Shown: piece after piece, positions 41,390-58,847 of the stretch | How the letters are laid out: each line of letters starts with the position of its first letter | How positions within the stretch are numbered: position 1 is the stretch's first letter | From: Candidatus Multivoradales bacterium | Lineage (GTDB): Bacteria > Acidobacteriota > Thermoanaerobaculia > Multivoradales > J023 | Assembly (NCBI GenBank): GCA_965248925.1 | Contig: CBDFLE010000005.1 | Location: 1,952,001 to 2,016,000 of the forward strand | Length of the DNA: 64,000 nt | Reading direction: 5' to 3' | Notes under the pieces: model-generated | Seen by the model: the letters and a program-made list of their open reading frames with translations, nothing else | What the model was told of the DNA's origin: nothing | The model's database searches: none | Program-made: the position numbers and the translations under genes

Positions 41390-41722
41390 GGTGTTTGCTC
41401 TCCACGCCCTCACTAATTTATCGGTACGGGAGTGTCTCACCTACATTGGCACAGAGGGCGGCGCACTGTATTACGGCAAGCCCCGCCGCCGCACCGAAGT
41501 GGACCTCGACGCCGATCTACGAGCGACCACCGCAGCTGCCTGCCAGCGCTTGCACGCGATGTTCCAGCGCGGCGAGACTCCTCGCGCCGAGCGCCAACCA
41601 AAGTGCCGCAGATGCTCTCTGCAAGAGCTGTGCATGCCCGACGCCCTCCATCCAGGCCGCTCGGTAGCGAACTATCTCGAGACCCTTTATGGCTGAGTTC
41701 CTCTCACCGCTGGAGTTCTTCG

Positions 41723-42757
41723 TTGAAGCGTCATCTGAATACTCTTTTCGTCACCACCCAAGGCGCCTACCTGGCTTGCCAGGGCGAGACGGTGAAAGTG
41801 CGCATCGAGCGCGAGACCCGTATGCGGGTACCGATTCACCTCCTTGGCTCGATCGTCTGCTTTGGCCAGGTGGCTTGCAGCCCGCCGCTGCTCGGCCTGT
41901 GCTGCGAGCGGGGCGTACAGGTGGCATTTCTCACCGAGCGCGGCCGCTTCCTGGGCCGAGTGGAGGGTTCGCCATCAGGCAACGTGCTGCTGCGGCGGAC
42001 CCAGTTTCGCCGCGCCGACGAGCCCACCTTCTGTACCGAGCTAGCGCGCACCATCGTGCTGGGCAAAGTAGCCAACAGCCGCGCGGTATTGTTGCGAGCA
42101 GCCCGCGAGCAGGGTGCCGGCCACAGCGCCGACGCACTGCGCCAGAGCGCCCAACACTTGGCCGCATTGATCGCGCGTTGGCGTCACGCTGGCAGCGACC
42201 TCGAAGCGATTCGTGGATTCGAAGGTGAGGCCGCGAGGTCTTACTTTCAGGTCTTTGACAACTTAATCACTGTACAGAAGCGGAGTTTCCGTTTCGAGGG
42301 GAGGTCGCGCCGGCCCCCCCTCGATCGGATCAACTGCTTACTGTCCTTCGTGTATACCTTATTGGCCAGCGACGTGACCGCGGCCCTCGACGCCACCGGT
42401 TTAGATTCGCAAGTTGGCTACCTACACCGCGACCGTCCAGGCCGTCCCAGCCTAGCCCTGGATCTGATGGAAGAGCTGCGGCCTTCCTTGGCTGATCGTC
42501 TGGTCTTGACCTTGGTCAACCAGCGACAAATAACCGGTCGCAACTTCACCCTCGAACCCGCCGGCGCGGTGTGGTTGAACAAGGCTGGCCGCCGCACCGT
42601 GCTCGAGGCTTACCAAGAGCGCAAGCGCGCCGAGCTGCGCCATCCCTTCTTGGACGAGAAAGTCACAGTCGGTCTATTACCCTTTATCCAGGCCCGTTTG
42701 CTTGCCCGCTATCTACGCGGCGACCTGGACGGCTACCCGCCATTTCACTGGCGCTGA
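41723..42757 (+). CDS. cas1: Type I-C Cas1
   Basis: 'LNTLFVTTQGAYL', 'RGFEGEAA..YF', 'RRPPLD..N..LSF', 'GYLH.DRPGRPSLALDLMEE'; TTG start with a GGAG RBS. Confidence 0.95.
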   Translation: MKRHLNTLFVTTQGAYLACQGETVKVRIERETRMRVPIHLLGSIVCFGQVACSPPLLGLCCERGVQVAFLTERGRFLGRVEGSPSGNVLLRRTQFRRADEPTFCTELARTIVLGKVANSRAVLLRAAREQGAGHSADALRQSAQHLAALIARWRHAGSDLEAIRGFEGEAARSYFQVFDNLITVQKRSFRFEGRSRRPPLDRINCLLSFVYTLLASDVTAALDATGLDSQVGYLHRDRPGRPSLALDLMEELRPSLADRLVLTLVNQRQITGRNFTLEPAGAVWLNKAGRRTVLEAYQERKRAELRHPFLDEKVTVGLLPFIQARLLARYLRGDLDGYPPFHWR

Positions 42758-42766
42758 GAGGTCGTA

Positions 42767-43057
42767 ATGTTAGTCCTGGTGAGCTACGACGTATCCACCC
42801 GCACCGGCAGCGGCCGCCGTCGCTTGCGGCGAGTGGCCAAGATCTGTGAGGATCATGGTCAGCGAGTGCAGAACTCCGTCTTCGAGTGTTTGCTCGATGC
42901 AGAACAGCTCACCCTCCTACGAGCCCGGCTCGTAGAGGTGATCAAGCCCGAAGAAGACAGCCTGAGATTTTATCTCTTGGGCAAGAATTGGCGCGGCCGA
43001 GTCGAGCACATGGGAATCAAACCGAGTATCGACATGGAAGGCCCACTGGTATTGTAG
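42767..43057 (+). CDS. cas2: Cas2
   Basis: 'MLVLVSYDV', 'GQRVQNSVFEC', 'DSLRFY.LG'. Confidence 0.96.
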   Translation: MLVLVSYDVSTRTGSGRRRLRRVAKICEDHGQRVQNSVFECLLDAEQLTLLRARLVEVIKPEEDSLRFYLLGKNWRGRVEHMGIKPSIDMEGPLVL

Positions 43058-43239
43058 ACACCGCGCGGACCCCAAGTGGTGGCCCCAACCCTGGCAGGTT
43101 CGCGATCCCGATAACCCACGATTCTTCAAGGAGTTGCAAAGTCACCGTAGAAACCAAACGATTCCCAGCGAGCAAAAACTCAGAGGTCCGCGCAAACCTC
43201 ATTGTAAACTACAGAAAACACCCGACTTAAAATGACGGG
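43058..43239 (+). promoter_or_regulatory. CRISPR leader
   Basis: A-rich non-coding stretch between cas2 and the first repeat, with GCGCGGACC...GGTTCGCG...GGTCCGCG motifs of the kind seen in I-C leaders. Confidence 0.8.
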
Positions 43240-50456
<7,217 letters not shown>

Positions 50457-50824
50457 GATACGGCCTGGCTTGCCTATTCCGACGAAACTGACCAGCCATT
50501 CCGATCGAAACCGACCACTTGTCGGAGCGAAGCGACGCTCGCGCTCTCCTCAGTTGTAAGTGTCCACTTTCGCTGTAGCTGGAGCCCTCCTTCCGGCTCT
50601 TCTTCTTGGTTGATTGTATTCAAATAACCCGTCGTCGGGGCTGTGCGTAGCTGTGGGAAACGCGGGTGGGTGGCCGGGGGGCGTTTTCCAAGCGGTTGTG
50701 GGAATCGCAGAGCGATTTCCACAACCGCGGCAGCTTCCACAGTCCATCTTGGGTCGGGTCCGGATCGGGCCGCAGGCCCGCTGATGGGTCCGGATCGGCG
50801 ATCGCTTCAGCATGCTCTTGGATC

Positions 50825-51589
50825 TCACCTTGCCTCTCGCTGGGCGGCCTTGCGAATACCGCCGGCTCTCTTCGCCCGCATGGAGTCACCGTCCACCGCG
50901 AGCTTGTAGGCGCCGTGGACAATGCGATCGAGGATGGCGTCGGCCAAGGTCGGATCGCCGATGACCTCGTACCAGCTCTCAACCGGTAGCTGGGAGGTCA
51001 CCAGCGTGGAGCGGTTGCCGTAGCGGTCCTCAAGAATCTCGAGCAGGTCGCGCCGCTCGCTGGCCCCGATCGGCGCCAGCCCCCAGTCGTCGAGGATGAG
51101 CAGGTCTGTGCGAGCATAGCTCTTGAGCAGCTTCTCGTAGCTACCATCACCCCGCGCGATGGCGAGCTGGCGAAACAGCCTCGGCACCCGCAGGTACAAA
51201 GCGGTGTAACCCTCCCGACATGCCTTGTGCGCGAAGGCGCAGGCGAGAAAGGTCTTGCCCACCCCGGCCTTGCCGGTGATCAGCACGTTGAGATGCTCGG
51301 CGATCCACTGGCACGAGGCCAGGCGCAGGATCTGGCCTTTGTCCAGGCCCCTCTTGGCTCGCCAGTCGATGTCTTCGATGGCCGCCTGCTCGCGCAGCTT
51401 GGCTTTTCGCAACCGCGCTATCAAGCGGCGGCTGGATCGCTCGGTCGCTTCGCGCTCGACCAGCAGCCCGAGGCGCTCTTCGAAGGAGAGCTCTGAGACA
51501 TCGACCATCGACAGCTGCTCCTCAAAGGCTTTGGCCATACCGTGGAGCTTGAGCGCGGCGAGTTGATCGAGCGTCGCGTGCCTCAGCAT
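50825..51589 (-). CDS. istB: IS21 helper ATPase IstB
   Basis: 'GKAGVGKT', 'LILDDWG', 'TSQLP..W', 'ADAILDRIVH'. Confidence 0.95.
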   Translation of the reverse strand: MLRHATLDQLAALKLHGMAKAFEEQLSMVDVSELSFEERLGLLVEREATERSSRRLIARLRKAKLREQAAIEDIDWRAKRGLDKGQILRLASCQWIAEHLNVLITGKAGVGKTFLACAFAHKACREGYTALYLRVPRLFRQLAIARGDGSYEKLLKSYARTDLLILDDWGLAPIGASERRDLLEILEDRYGNRSTLVTSQLPVESWYEVIGDPTLADAILDRIVHGAYKLAVDGDSMRAKRAGGIRKAAQREAR

Positions 51590-53157
51590 GGCGGCGTCTC
51601 CTCGCGGCGCGCGGCACTGTAGTAGCTGGCGCCGCGGACGTTGCGGTGCTCGATCGGCGCCGTCACTTCGGTGGGCTCGGGCGCTGCTTGCTGGTCCAGG
51701 CCGCTCTTCAGGATCGACTTCACGCTCTTGTAGGACAGGCCGTGAATGGCGAGCGCGCGGCGGCACGCAGCCTCCAAACGATTGGCACCATAGGTCTTGC
51801 CCAGGCGCATCAGCCCCAGACACGAGCGAAAGCCGTGCTGAGGATGGGAGCGGTTAAGCATGATGGTCTCCACCAGTTCGGCCGTCGCCTGGCCTGTTTT
51901 CGCCGCCCAGCTGATCAGCCGTGTCGGTGTCCACTCCAGGTACGCCTGGTGCGCTTTGGGCATGTGCTCGCTCTGGGTCGTGTGCCGACCCCGACACCGA
52001 TTGCGACGATGAGCAGCCACACGCTTGCCGCGATCGAGCACCTCCACCAGTTGCGCCGTCGCCCGCAGATCGAGCTGCTTCTTGATCAGCTGGTACGGCA
52101 CACTGTAATAGTGGCCCTCGAACTCGACGTGGTAGTCCGGGGCAACGCGTACCTTCTTCCATTCGGCAAGCTCGTAGGGCTGGAGCGGCAAAGCACCCAG
52201 AGCAGGACGATCGACCTGCTCGAACAGCGCTCGGCGCGAGACGCCCAACACCTTCAGCGGACGGTCGTTAAGCTCGACCAGAAGCTTCGCGATGCTCTCG
52301 TTGAGCTCTCGCAGGCTGAAGAACTGCTGGTTACGCAGCCGGGCCAGAATCCAGCGCTCCACTTGCAATACACCGTTTTCGACCTTCGCCTTGTCTTGGG
52401 GCTTCCTCACCCGCGCCGGCACCACCGCCACGCCGTAGTGCTCGGCCAACTCCGCGTAGGTGCGATTGATCTCCGGCTCGTAGCGGCACGGGCTGGTCAC
52501 GCCGCTCTTCAGATTGTCCGGCACCACCAGCTCGCTCACCCCGCCCAGAGCCGCGAAGGTCCGCACATGAGAGCCGATCCAGTCCTCCAGGCCCTGGCTC
52601 CACGTTGCTTCGGCATAGGTGTAGTTGCTCGCCCCCAGCACCGCCACGAAGATCTGCGCTTCGCGCTCTTTGCCAGTCGCCGGGTCGATCACCCTCACGG
52701 TCTGTCCGGCATAGTCGACGAACAGCTTCTCGCCCGCCCGGTAGGCTTGGCGCAGGCACACATCCAGGCGCCCTTCCCAGATCCGGTACAGCTGACAGAA
52801 GCGGCTGAGACCGTAGCCGTCAGGATGGTCCTCCCGGTACTCCTGCCACAGCAGCGACAGGGTTACGCACTTCTTCTTCAGCTCGCCATGCACCTTGGTC
52901 CAGTCGGGCAAGGCTCGCTGACCACCCCTCCGAAGCGGCTGCGGCCGAGGGTACAGGCGTTGCTCCAGCTCAGCGTCGCTCAAAGCTGCTACTTGCTCCC
53001 AGCTCAGGCCTTCAACCTTGGCTCGCAGCAGGTAGCTGCACACCGTCCCGTGGCCCAGCCGAACCGACCGTCCGATCTGGCGGTGCGACAGGCCATGCTG
53101 CCATTTCAGTCTCAGTACCTCGCGTATCTTGCGCATCGATGTCCTCACTCTCGGCAT
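51583..53157 (-). CDS. istA: IS21 transposase IstA
   Basis: 'MRKIREVLRL', 'GEKLFVDYAG', 'VPDNLKSGV', 'PQDKAKVE'. Confidence 0.95.
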   Translation of the reverse strand: MPRVRTSMRKIREVLRLKWQHGLSHRQIGRSVRLGHGTVCSYLLRAKVEGLSWEQVAALSDAELEQRLYPRPQPLRRGGQRALPDWTKVHGELKKKCVTLSLLWQEYREDHPDGYGLSRFCQLYRIWEGRLDVCLRQAYRAGEKLFVDYAGQTVRVIDPATGKEREAQIFVAVLGASNYTYAEATWSQGLEDWIGSHVRTFAALGGVSELVVPDNLKSGVTSPCRYEPEINRTYAELAEHYGVAVVPARVRKPQDKAKVENGVLQVERWILARLRNQQFFSLRELNESIAKLLVELNDRPLKVLGVSRRALFEQVDRPALGALPLQPYELAEWKKVRVAPDYHVEFEGHYYSVPYQLIKKQLDLRATAQLVEVLDRGKRVAAHRRNRCRGRHTTQSEHMPKAHQAYLEWTPTRLISWAAKTGQATAELVETIMLNRSHPQHGFRSCLGLMRLGKTYGANRLEAACRRALAIHGLSYKSVKSILKSGLDQQAAPEPTEVTAPIEHRNVRGASYYSAARREETPPC

Positions 53158-53198
53158 CCAATCCTCCTTTCAAGGAGGCTGGAATACCCCAATTGTGA

Positions 53199-54314
<1,116 letters not shown>

Positions 54315-54357
54315 CTTCGGAATGTGTCAATGAGAATGAGACACTTTCTTCTGGGAA

Positions 54358-55479
54358 TTAGTACGGAATCGGTAGTGGCTCCGGCACCATCGCTTTCAAC
54401 GAGGGCGCGCAGGCAGGTGTCTCGCCTGGTGCGTCGTCGTCTACGCGGTGTGTCACCTCGTTCTCGGTATCGGCTGGGTCAGTGCTGGTGGTGGTGATCG
54501 GCGGGTTGATCCAGACCTCGCCACTGGGCTCCGGCAAAGCCGGCGTTCGCCGCTTGAAGCGGCTTGGATGAGCGGCTGAGGCGGCGGCGAGGACTTCTCG
54601 ACGTTGCTCCAGCACTGAGGCCGTGAGGCCGTAGTGGACGGTCTCTGGCGTCAACAAACCGAGTCCTGTGTGGTAGTGCTGCGTGTTGTACCAGCCGAGG
54701 AACGAGCGGCAGAACGCTCGTGCATCTTCCAGTGATCCGAAGCGGTCGGGAAAGCTCGGATGGTACTTGAGCGTCTTGAACTGGGCCTCAGAGAACGGAT
54801 TGTCGTTGCTCGTGTAGGGCCGGTTCAGCGACCGTGTCATCCCGAGATCGGCCAGCAGTAGAGCCACTGGCTTGGATGTCATGCTCGAACCGCGGTCCGA
54901 GTGCAAGGTAAGTCGATCTCGCTCAACACCTTGCTTCTCAACACTGTCGGCGATCAACCGCTTGGCGAGTCCTCCGGACTCGCGGGAGGCGAGCATCCAG
55001 CCGACGATGTAGCGGCTGAAGACGTCCAGAATTACGTAAAGGTAGTAGTGGGTCCACTTCACCGGGCCCTTGAGCTTGGTGATGTCCCACGACCACACCT
55101 CGTTCGGCCCTGTGGCCAGCAGTTCGGGCTTGGTGTAGTTGGGATGACGCCGCTGACGGCGTCGCTCGCGCAGCTCGCCCTCAGACTCCAGGACCCGGTA
55201 CATGGTGCGCACCGAGCAGATATGGCGCTGATCCTCGTCCAGCAGCGCCGCCCAGACTTGACGCGGCGAGCGGTCGACGAAGCGCTCCGAGTGCAACACA
55301 TCGAGGACCTCCTGGCGTTCAGCGGGCGTCAATGCCAGCGGCGGTCGAGGCCGCGTTGATAGCTGCGGCCCTGCGCTCTGCTGCCGACGGCGGCGATAAA
55401 AAGTGGCTCTGGGGACCGCCAAGGCGACGCAGGCTGCTTGCACCCCCACCGTCTCGGCCAGCGGCGCCACAGCGCTCAT
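54358..55479 (-). CDS. IS3-family transposase OrfB
   Basis: Near-identical to 39858-40979. Confidence 0.92.
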   Translation of the reverse strand: MSAVAPLAETVGVQAACVALAVPRATFYRRRRQQSAGPQLSTRPRPPLALTPAERQEVLDVLHSERFVDRSPRQVWAALLDEDQRHICSVRTMYRVLESEGELRERRRQRRHPNYTKPELLATGPNEVWSWDITKLKGPVKWTHYYLYVILDVFSRYIVGWMLASRESGGLAKRLIADSVEKQGVERDRLTLHSDRGSSMTSKPVALLLADLGMTRSLNRPYTSNDNPFSEAQFKTLKYHPSFPDRFGSLEDARAFCRSFLGWYNTQHYHTGLGLLTPETVHYGLTASVLEQRREVLAAASAAHPSRFKRRTPALPEPSGEVWINPPITTTSTDPADTENEVTHRVDDDAPGETPACAPSLKAMVPEPLPIPY

Positions 55480-55889
55480 GGCTGGCTCTCGCTCGGCTCG
55501 ATCCCTAGCAGCCGGGAAAGTTTTTTTTGGACATCGATGATCGTCTCGGCTTTGTACAGCTGATGCTTGAGCCGAGCATTCTCACGCTCAAGCTCCGCGA
55601 CCCGGCGGGCCTCAGCAGATTCCGGTCGACGCTTGCGACCACGCTTCTTCGACAAACCGGCCAGAGCACTGGCATCGCGTTGCTGGCGCCACTTCGATAG
55701 GAGTGAGGAATACAGACCCTCCCGGCGAAGCAGGGCGCCAATCTCGCCGGCTTTGCTACAGGCGTCGGCGGCCTGGACGATGCTCAGCTTGTACGACGCG
55801 CTGTACCGCCGCCGCTTCGCCTTCTCAGTTACCTCGGGATCTGGTCGGTCAGCACTCATATCTCGCAGCTCGTGGCTTGGACTCGCCAT
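55476..55889 (-). CDS. IS3-family transposase OrfA
   Basis: Near-identical to 40976-41389. Confidence 0.88.
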   Translation of the reverse strand: MASPSHELRDMSADRPDPEVTEKAKRRRYSASYKLSIVQAADACSKAGEIGALLRREGLYSSLLSKWRQQRDASALAGLSKKRGRKRRPESAEARRVAELERENARLKHQLYKAETIIDVQKKLSRLLGIEPSESQP

Positions 55890-55958
55890 GGTGTTTGCTC
55901 TCCACGCCCTCACTAATTTATCGGTACGGGAGTGTCTCACTTACATTGGCACAGAGGG

Positions 55959-57706
55959 CTTGCCCCCCGCGCGGGGGCGTGGATTGAAACGGCCATGGCT
56001 TGGGACAACTGGACCGCCTCGCTTGCCTTGCCCCCCGCGCGGGGGCGTGGATTGAAACCACGACACGTCGTAACCACGGGTGTCGACGTGAGTCTTGCCC
56101 CCCGCGCGGGGGCGTGGATTGAAACTTGCTACTCTGCATCGGCCCGATAGTCGCCATTGCTTGCCCCCCGCGCGGGGGCGTGGATTGAAACAGGCAAAGC
56201 GAGTTTCACCACCGGGCCGGGCGACCTTGCCCCCCACGCGGGGGCGTGGATTGAAACCCCAGGTCCTCATGCTCGCCGGCGACAGATCGGTACTTGCCCC
56301 CCGCGCGGGGGCGTGGATTGAAACCTTCAAAGCTCTGTGCAGGATGCGGTGTCCCGTCTTGCCCCCCGCGCGGGGGCGTGGATTGAAACGTCGTACCTAC
56401 CGTACATGTCACCTTTGAATATCTTGCCCCCCGCGCGGGGGCGTGGATTGAAACAACGCAGCGAGTTCAGTGAATAGGCCGAGGTTCTCCTTGCCCCCCG
56501 CGCGGGGGCGTGGATTGAAACAGGTTGGAGAAACCCATCATCACCTTGCGAGCAGCGGCTTGCCCCCCGCGCGGGGGCGTGGATTGAAACTTTGCAGACG
56601 CGGTGGAGATCCATCTTCGCCGCCTTGCCCCCCGCGCGGGGGCGTGGATTGAAACTGCCATCCCATCTGAGGTGGTGGATTTTGCAGCTTGCCCCCCGCG
56701 CGGGGGCGTGGATTGAAACTGCAGACAAGTCAGTTCCTCAGTTTCGATGGGTTGCTTGCCCCCCGCGCGGGGCGTGGATTGAAACCCCCTGGTACCCGAG
56801 GCGCACTACAACAGCGACAACTTGCCCCCCGCGCGGGGGCGTGGATTGAAACTGGCGATGATGAAACGAAAGTCCGTCATCGCCCACTTGCCCCCCGCGC
56901 GGGGGCGTGGATTGAAACCACGGCTGTCCCTGCGAACACCTCCGCGCCGTTCTTGCCCCCCGCGCGGGGGCGTGGATTGAAACTTGTCGCACCTCGGTTA
57001 CGGCGAGCCATAGTAAGTCTTGCCCCCCGCGCGGGGGCGTGGATTGAAACCAAGCGCTCGCCGAAGCTCAATCTCTCCATCCGACTTGCCCCCCGCGCGG
57101 GGGCGTGGATTGAAACCATTGCTGTCCCTGCGAACACCTCCGCGCCGTTCTTGCCCCCCGCGCGGGGGCGTGGATTGAAACCAGGAAGAGTACGCAGGTG
57201 GCGGGGCCATCCTGCCTTGCCCCCCGCGCGGGGGCGTGGATTGAAACATCCCAAAGAGCTCACTGTGGTGCTGCCGCAGTGCTTGCCCCCCGCGCGGGGG
57301 CGTGGATTGAAACGCGGACGGCTGGATTAACGACCGCGACAATATCGCTTGCCCCCCGCGCGGGGGCGTGGATTGAAACCTCACGACTGCGGGCGCGAAC
57401 GGGTCGGCGTTGTCTTGCCCCCCGCGCGGGGGCGTGGATTGAAACTATTGTCCCCTTCTTCTGCTCTAACCGTGGTCGGCTTGCCCCCCGCGCGGGGGCG
57501 TGGATTAAAACCTACATCCGAGCGATCAAGACCTGGGCGGAGTCTTGCCCCCCGCGCGGGGGCGTGGATTGAAACCATAGCCCCGATGATCGAAGAGCCT
57601 GCGCCGCGGCTTGCCCCCCGCGCGGGGGCGTGGATTGAAACTTGAATTCCAAGACGCGAGAGTGAACCCGCCGCCTTGCCCCCCGCGCGGGGGCGTGGAT
57701 TGAAAC
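55959..57706 (+). CRISPR. Array segment 3 (27 repeats)
   Basis: Same repeat; single-base variants in the repeats at 56226, 56755 and 57480. Confidence 0.97.
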
Positions 57707-57723
57707 GCGCTCAGCCTCGTTAA

Positions 57724-58044
57724 GCCCCTGTCAGTGACACCCTGCTGCTGGCGGACGGGCTGATCAACTTCTCGGGTATGGGCAACGATCCCGACGACGC
57801 CTCGCCACTGATCTACCAGTGGGTGGTCAAGGGCTCGGGACTGGTGGGCGGCGCCTCGGAGATCATCATGTTCACCTTGCATCTCAACGACAACGAGTAC
57901 AAAACCTTCAATTGGAAGCCCGCGGACTACGTGCTGCCTAAGTGTGGTGGGCGTAGTGTGCAGCTCGAACTACGGGTCACCGACCCGGAAAATAAGACGG
58001 GCACCGAGACCATCCCGGTGACCATCGCCTGGCCACCCTGCTGA
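57724..58044 (+). pseudogene. Probable 3' fragment of an Ig/PKD-like domain gene abutting the last repeat
   Basis: 'INFSGMGNDPDD..PLIYQW...LELRVTDP...ETIPVTI' looks like a C-terminal Ig/PKD domain; no signal peptide or clear start. Confidence 0.5.
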
Positions 58045-58067
58045 TCGGCCAATCCTGCGCTGCCCGA

Positions 58068-58652
58068 TCATAAGCCACAGCTCTCCTCCACTCGGCGGTT
58101 GATCTCGTTCGAGCTCGGTGCCGCGGGATCGGCAGGGCTCTCGCTGAGGCCGGCGAAGTGGAGGGCTTCGTGAATCAGCACGACCGCGGCTCGCCGCGTC
58201 GGCAGGCGACCGAATGTGCGGCAGAGGCGGGTGTGGTCGCCGCCGACGGAGGTGAAGGCGGCGACGCCGCGACCACAGATCCGGCTCTCCTGGTCGAGGG
58301 TCGCCGGGCTGTAGAGGGTGCGCGCCAGCAGCTGGCGACCGTCGGCGCCGTGGGAGTGGAATAGACCGCGACAGGCGCTACTATGAGCCAAGGTCTGATC
58401 GGCCAACGGCAGCGCTCGCCGCAGCTGGTCGGCGACCCAACCCTTGCTCAGGCCGGGACCGGTCCGCGGGGAGAGCAACCGGCCCCCAGAGCTGTCCTCC
58501 GGGTGGCCAGCGGCTGCTGCGGGTGGGTCGGCGAGCACCGCGCCCGGCAAGCGCGGCCAGCTGGCAGACGAGATCGGAGGCGGCGAGAGCTGCCAGCCGC
58601 AGCACAGCCACAGCAGGACGAGGACGGGTGTCGAGGGAGTCTTGCTCTTCAT
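58068..58652 (-). CDS. Small secreted HExxH (zincin-like) protein
   Basis: Signal-like N-terminus from ATG 58652; 'VLIHEALHFAG'; several Cys. Confidence 0.6.
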   Translation of the reverse strand: MKSKTPSTPVLVLLWLCCGWQLSPPPISSASWPRLPGAVLADPPAAAAGHPEDSSGGRLLSPRTGPGLSKGWVADQLRRALPLADQTLAHSSACRGLFHSHGADGRQLLARTLYSPATLDQESRICGRGVAAFTSVGGDHTRLCRTFGRLPTRRAAVVLIHEALHFAGLSESPADPAAPSSNEINRRVEESCGL

Positions 58653-58847
58653 CCAGCCAGCCTGCGGAGCTGGACCGGCAGAGTCGTGATGGAAAGGCTC
58701 GGGCAATGCTGGCACCGGGCTCGCCACGCTCGGGAAAAGCGGGCTGGCGAGCCGGCTGGTGCAGGCGGATGAGTTTTTCCCTCGGAAAACCCCCGCTCGC
58801 AACCTAGGCTGGGGAGAGACCGTAGAGTTGCTCAGGAGGTCCTTCAG

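Larger units (their letters stand above)
39818..41458 (-). mobile_element. IS3-family insertion sequence, copy 1 (1641 bp, TSD CGG)
   Basis: orfA/orfB; imperfect 23-bp IRs at 39823-39845 and 41431-41453; near-identical to 54318-55958. Confidence 0.92.
39390..41696 (+). pseudogene. cas4: cas4 split by an IS3-family insertion (39390-39817 and 41462-41696)
   Basis: 'ISALQH..FCERQ', 'DVVE', 'VEHKRG', 'QLCAQALCLEEM' on the left; 'ALYYG...KCRRCSLQELC' on the right. Removing the IS and one CGG restores the frame (VSSGALYYG). Confidence 0.93.
54318..55958 (-). mobile_element. IS3-family insertion sequence, copy 2 (TSD CTT, the first 3 nt of a repeat)
   Basis: Same ends and ORFs as copy 1, with scattered substitutions. 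Confidence 0.92.

Noticed and set aside
50464-50476. CTTGCC at the IS21 left junction as a partial repeat
   Set aside because: TGCC belongs to the IS inverted repeat, and the preceding spacer would be only 12 nt; likely coincidence.
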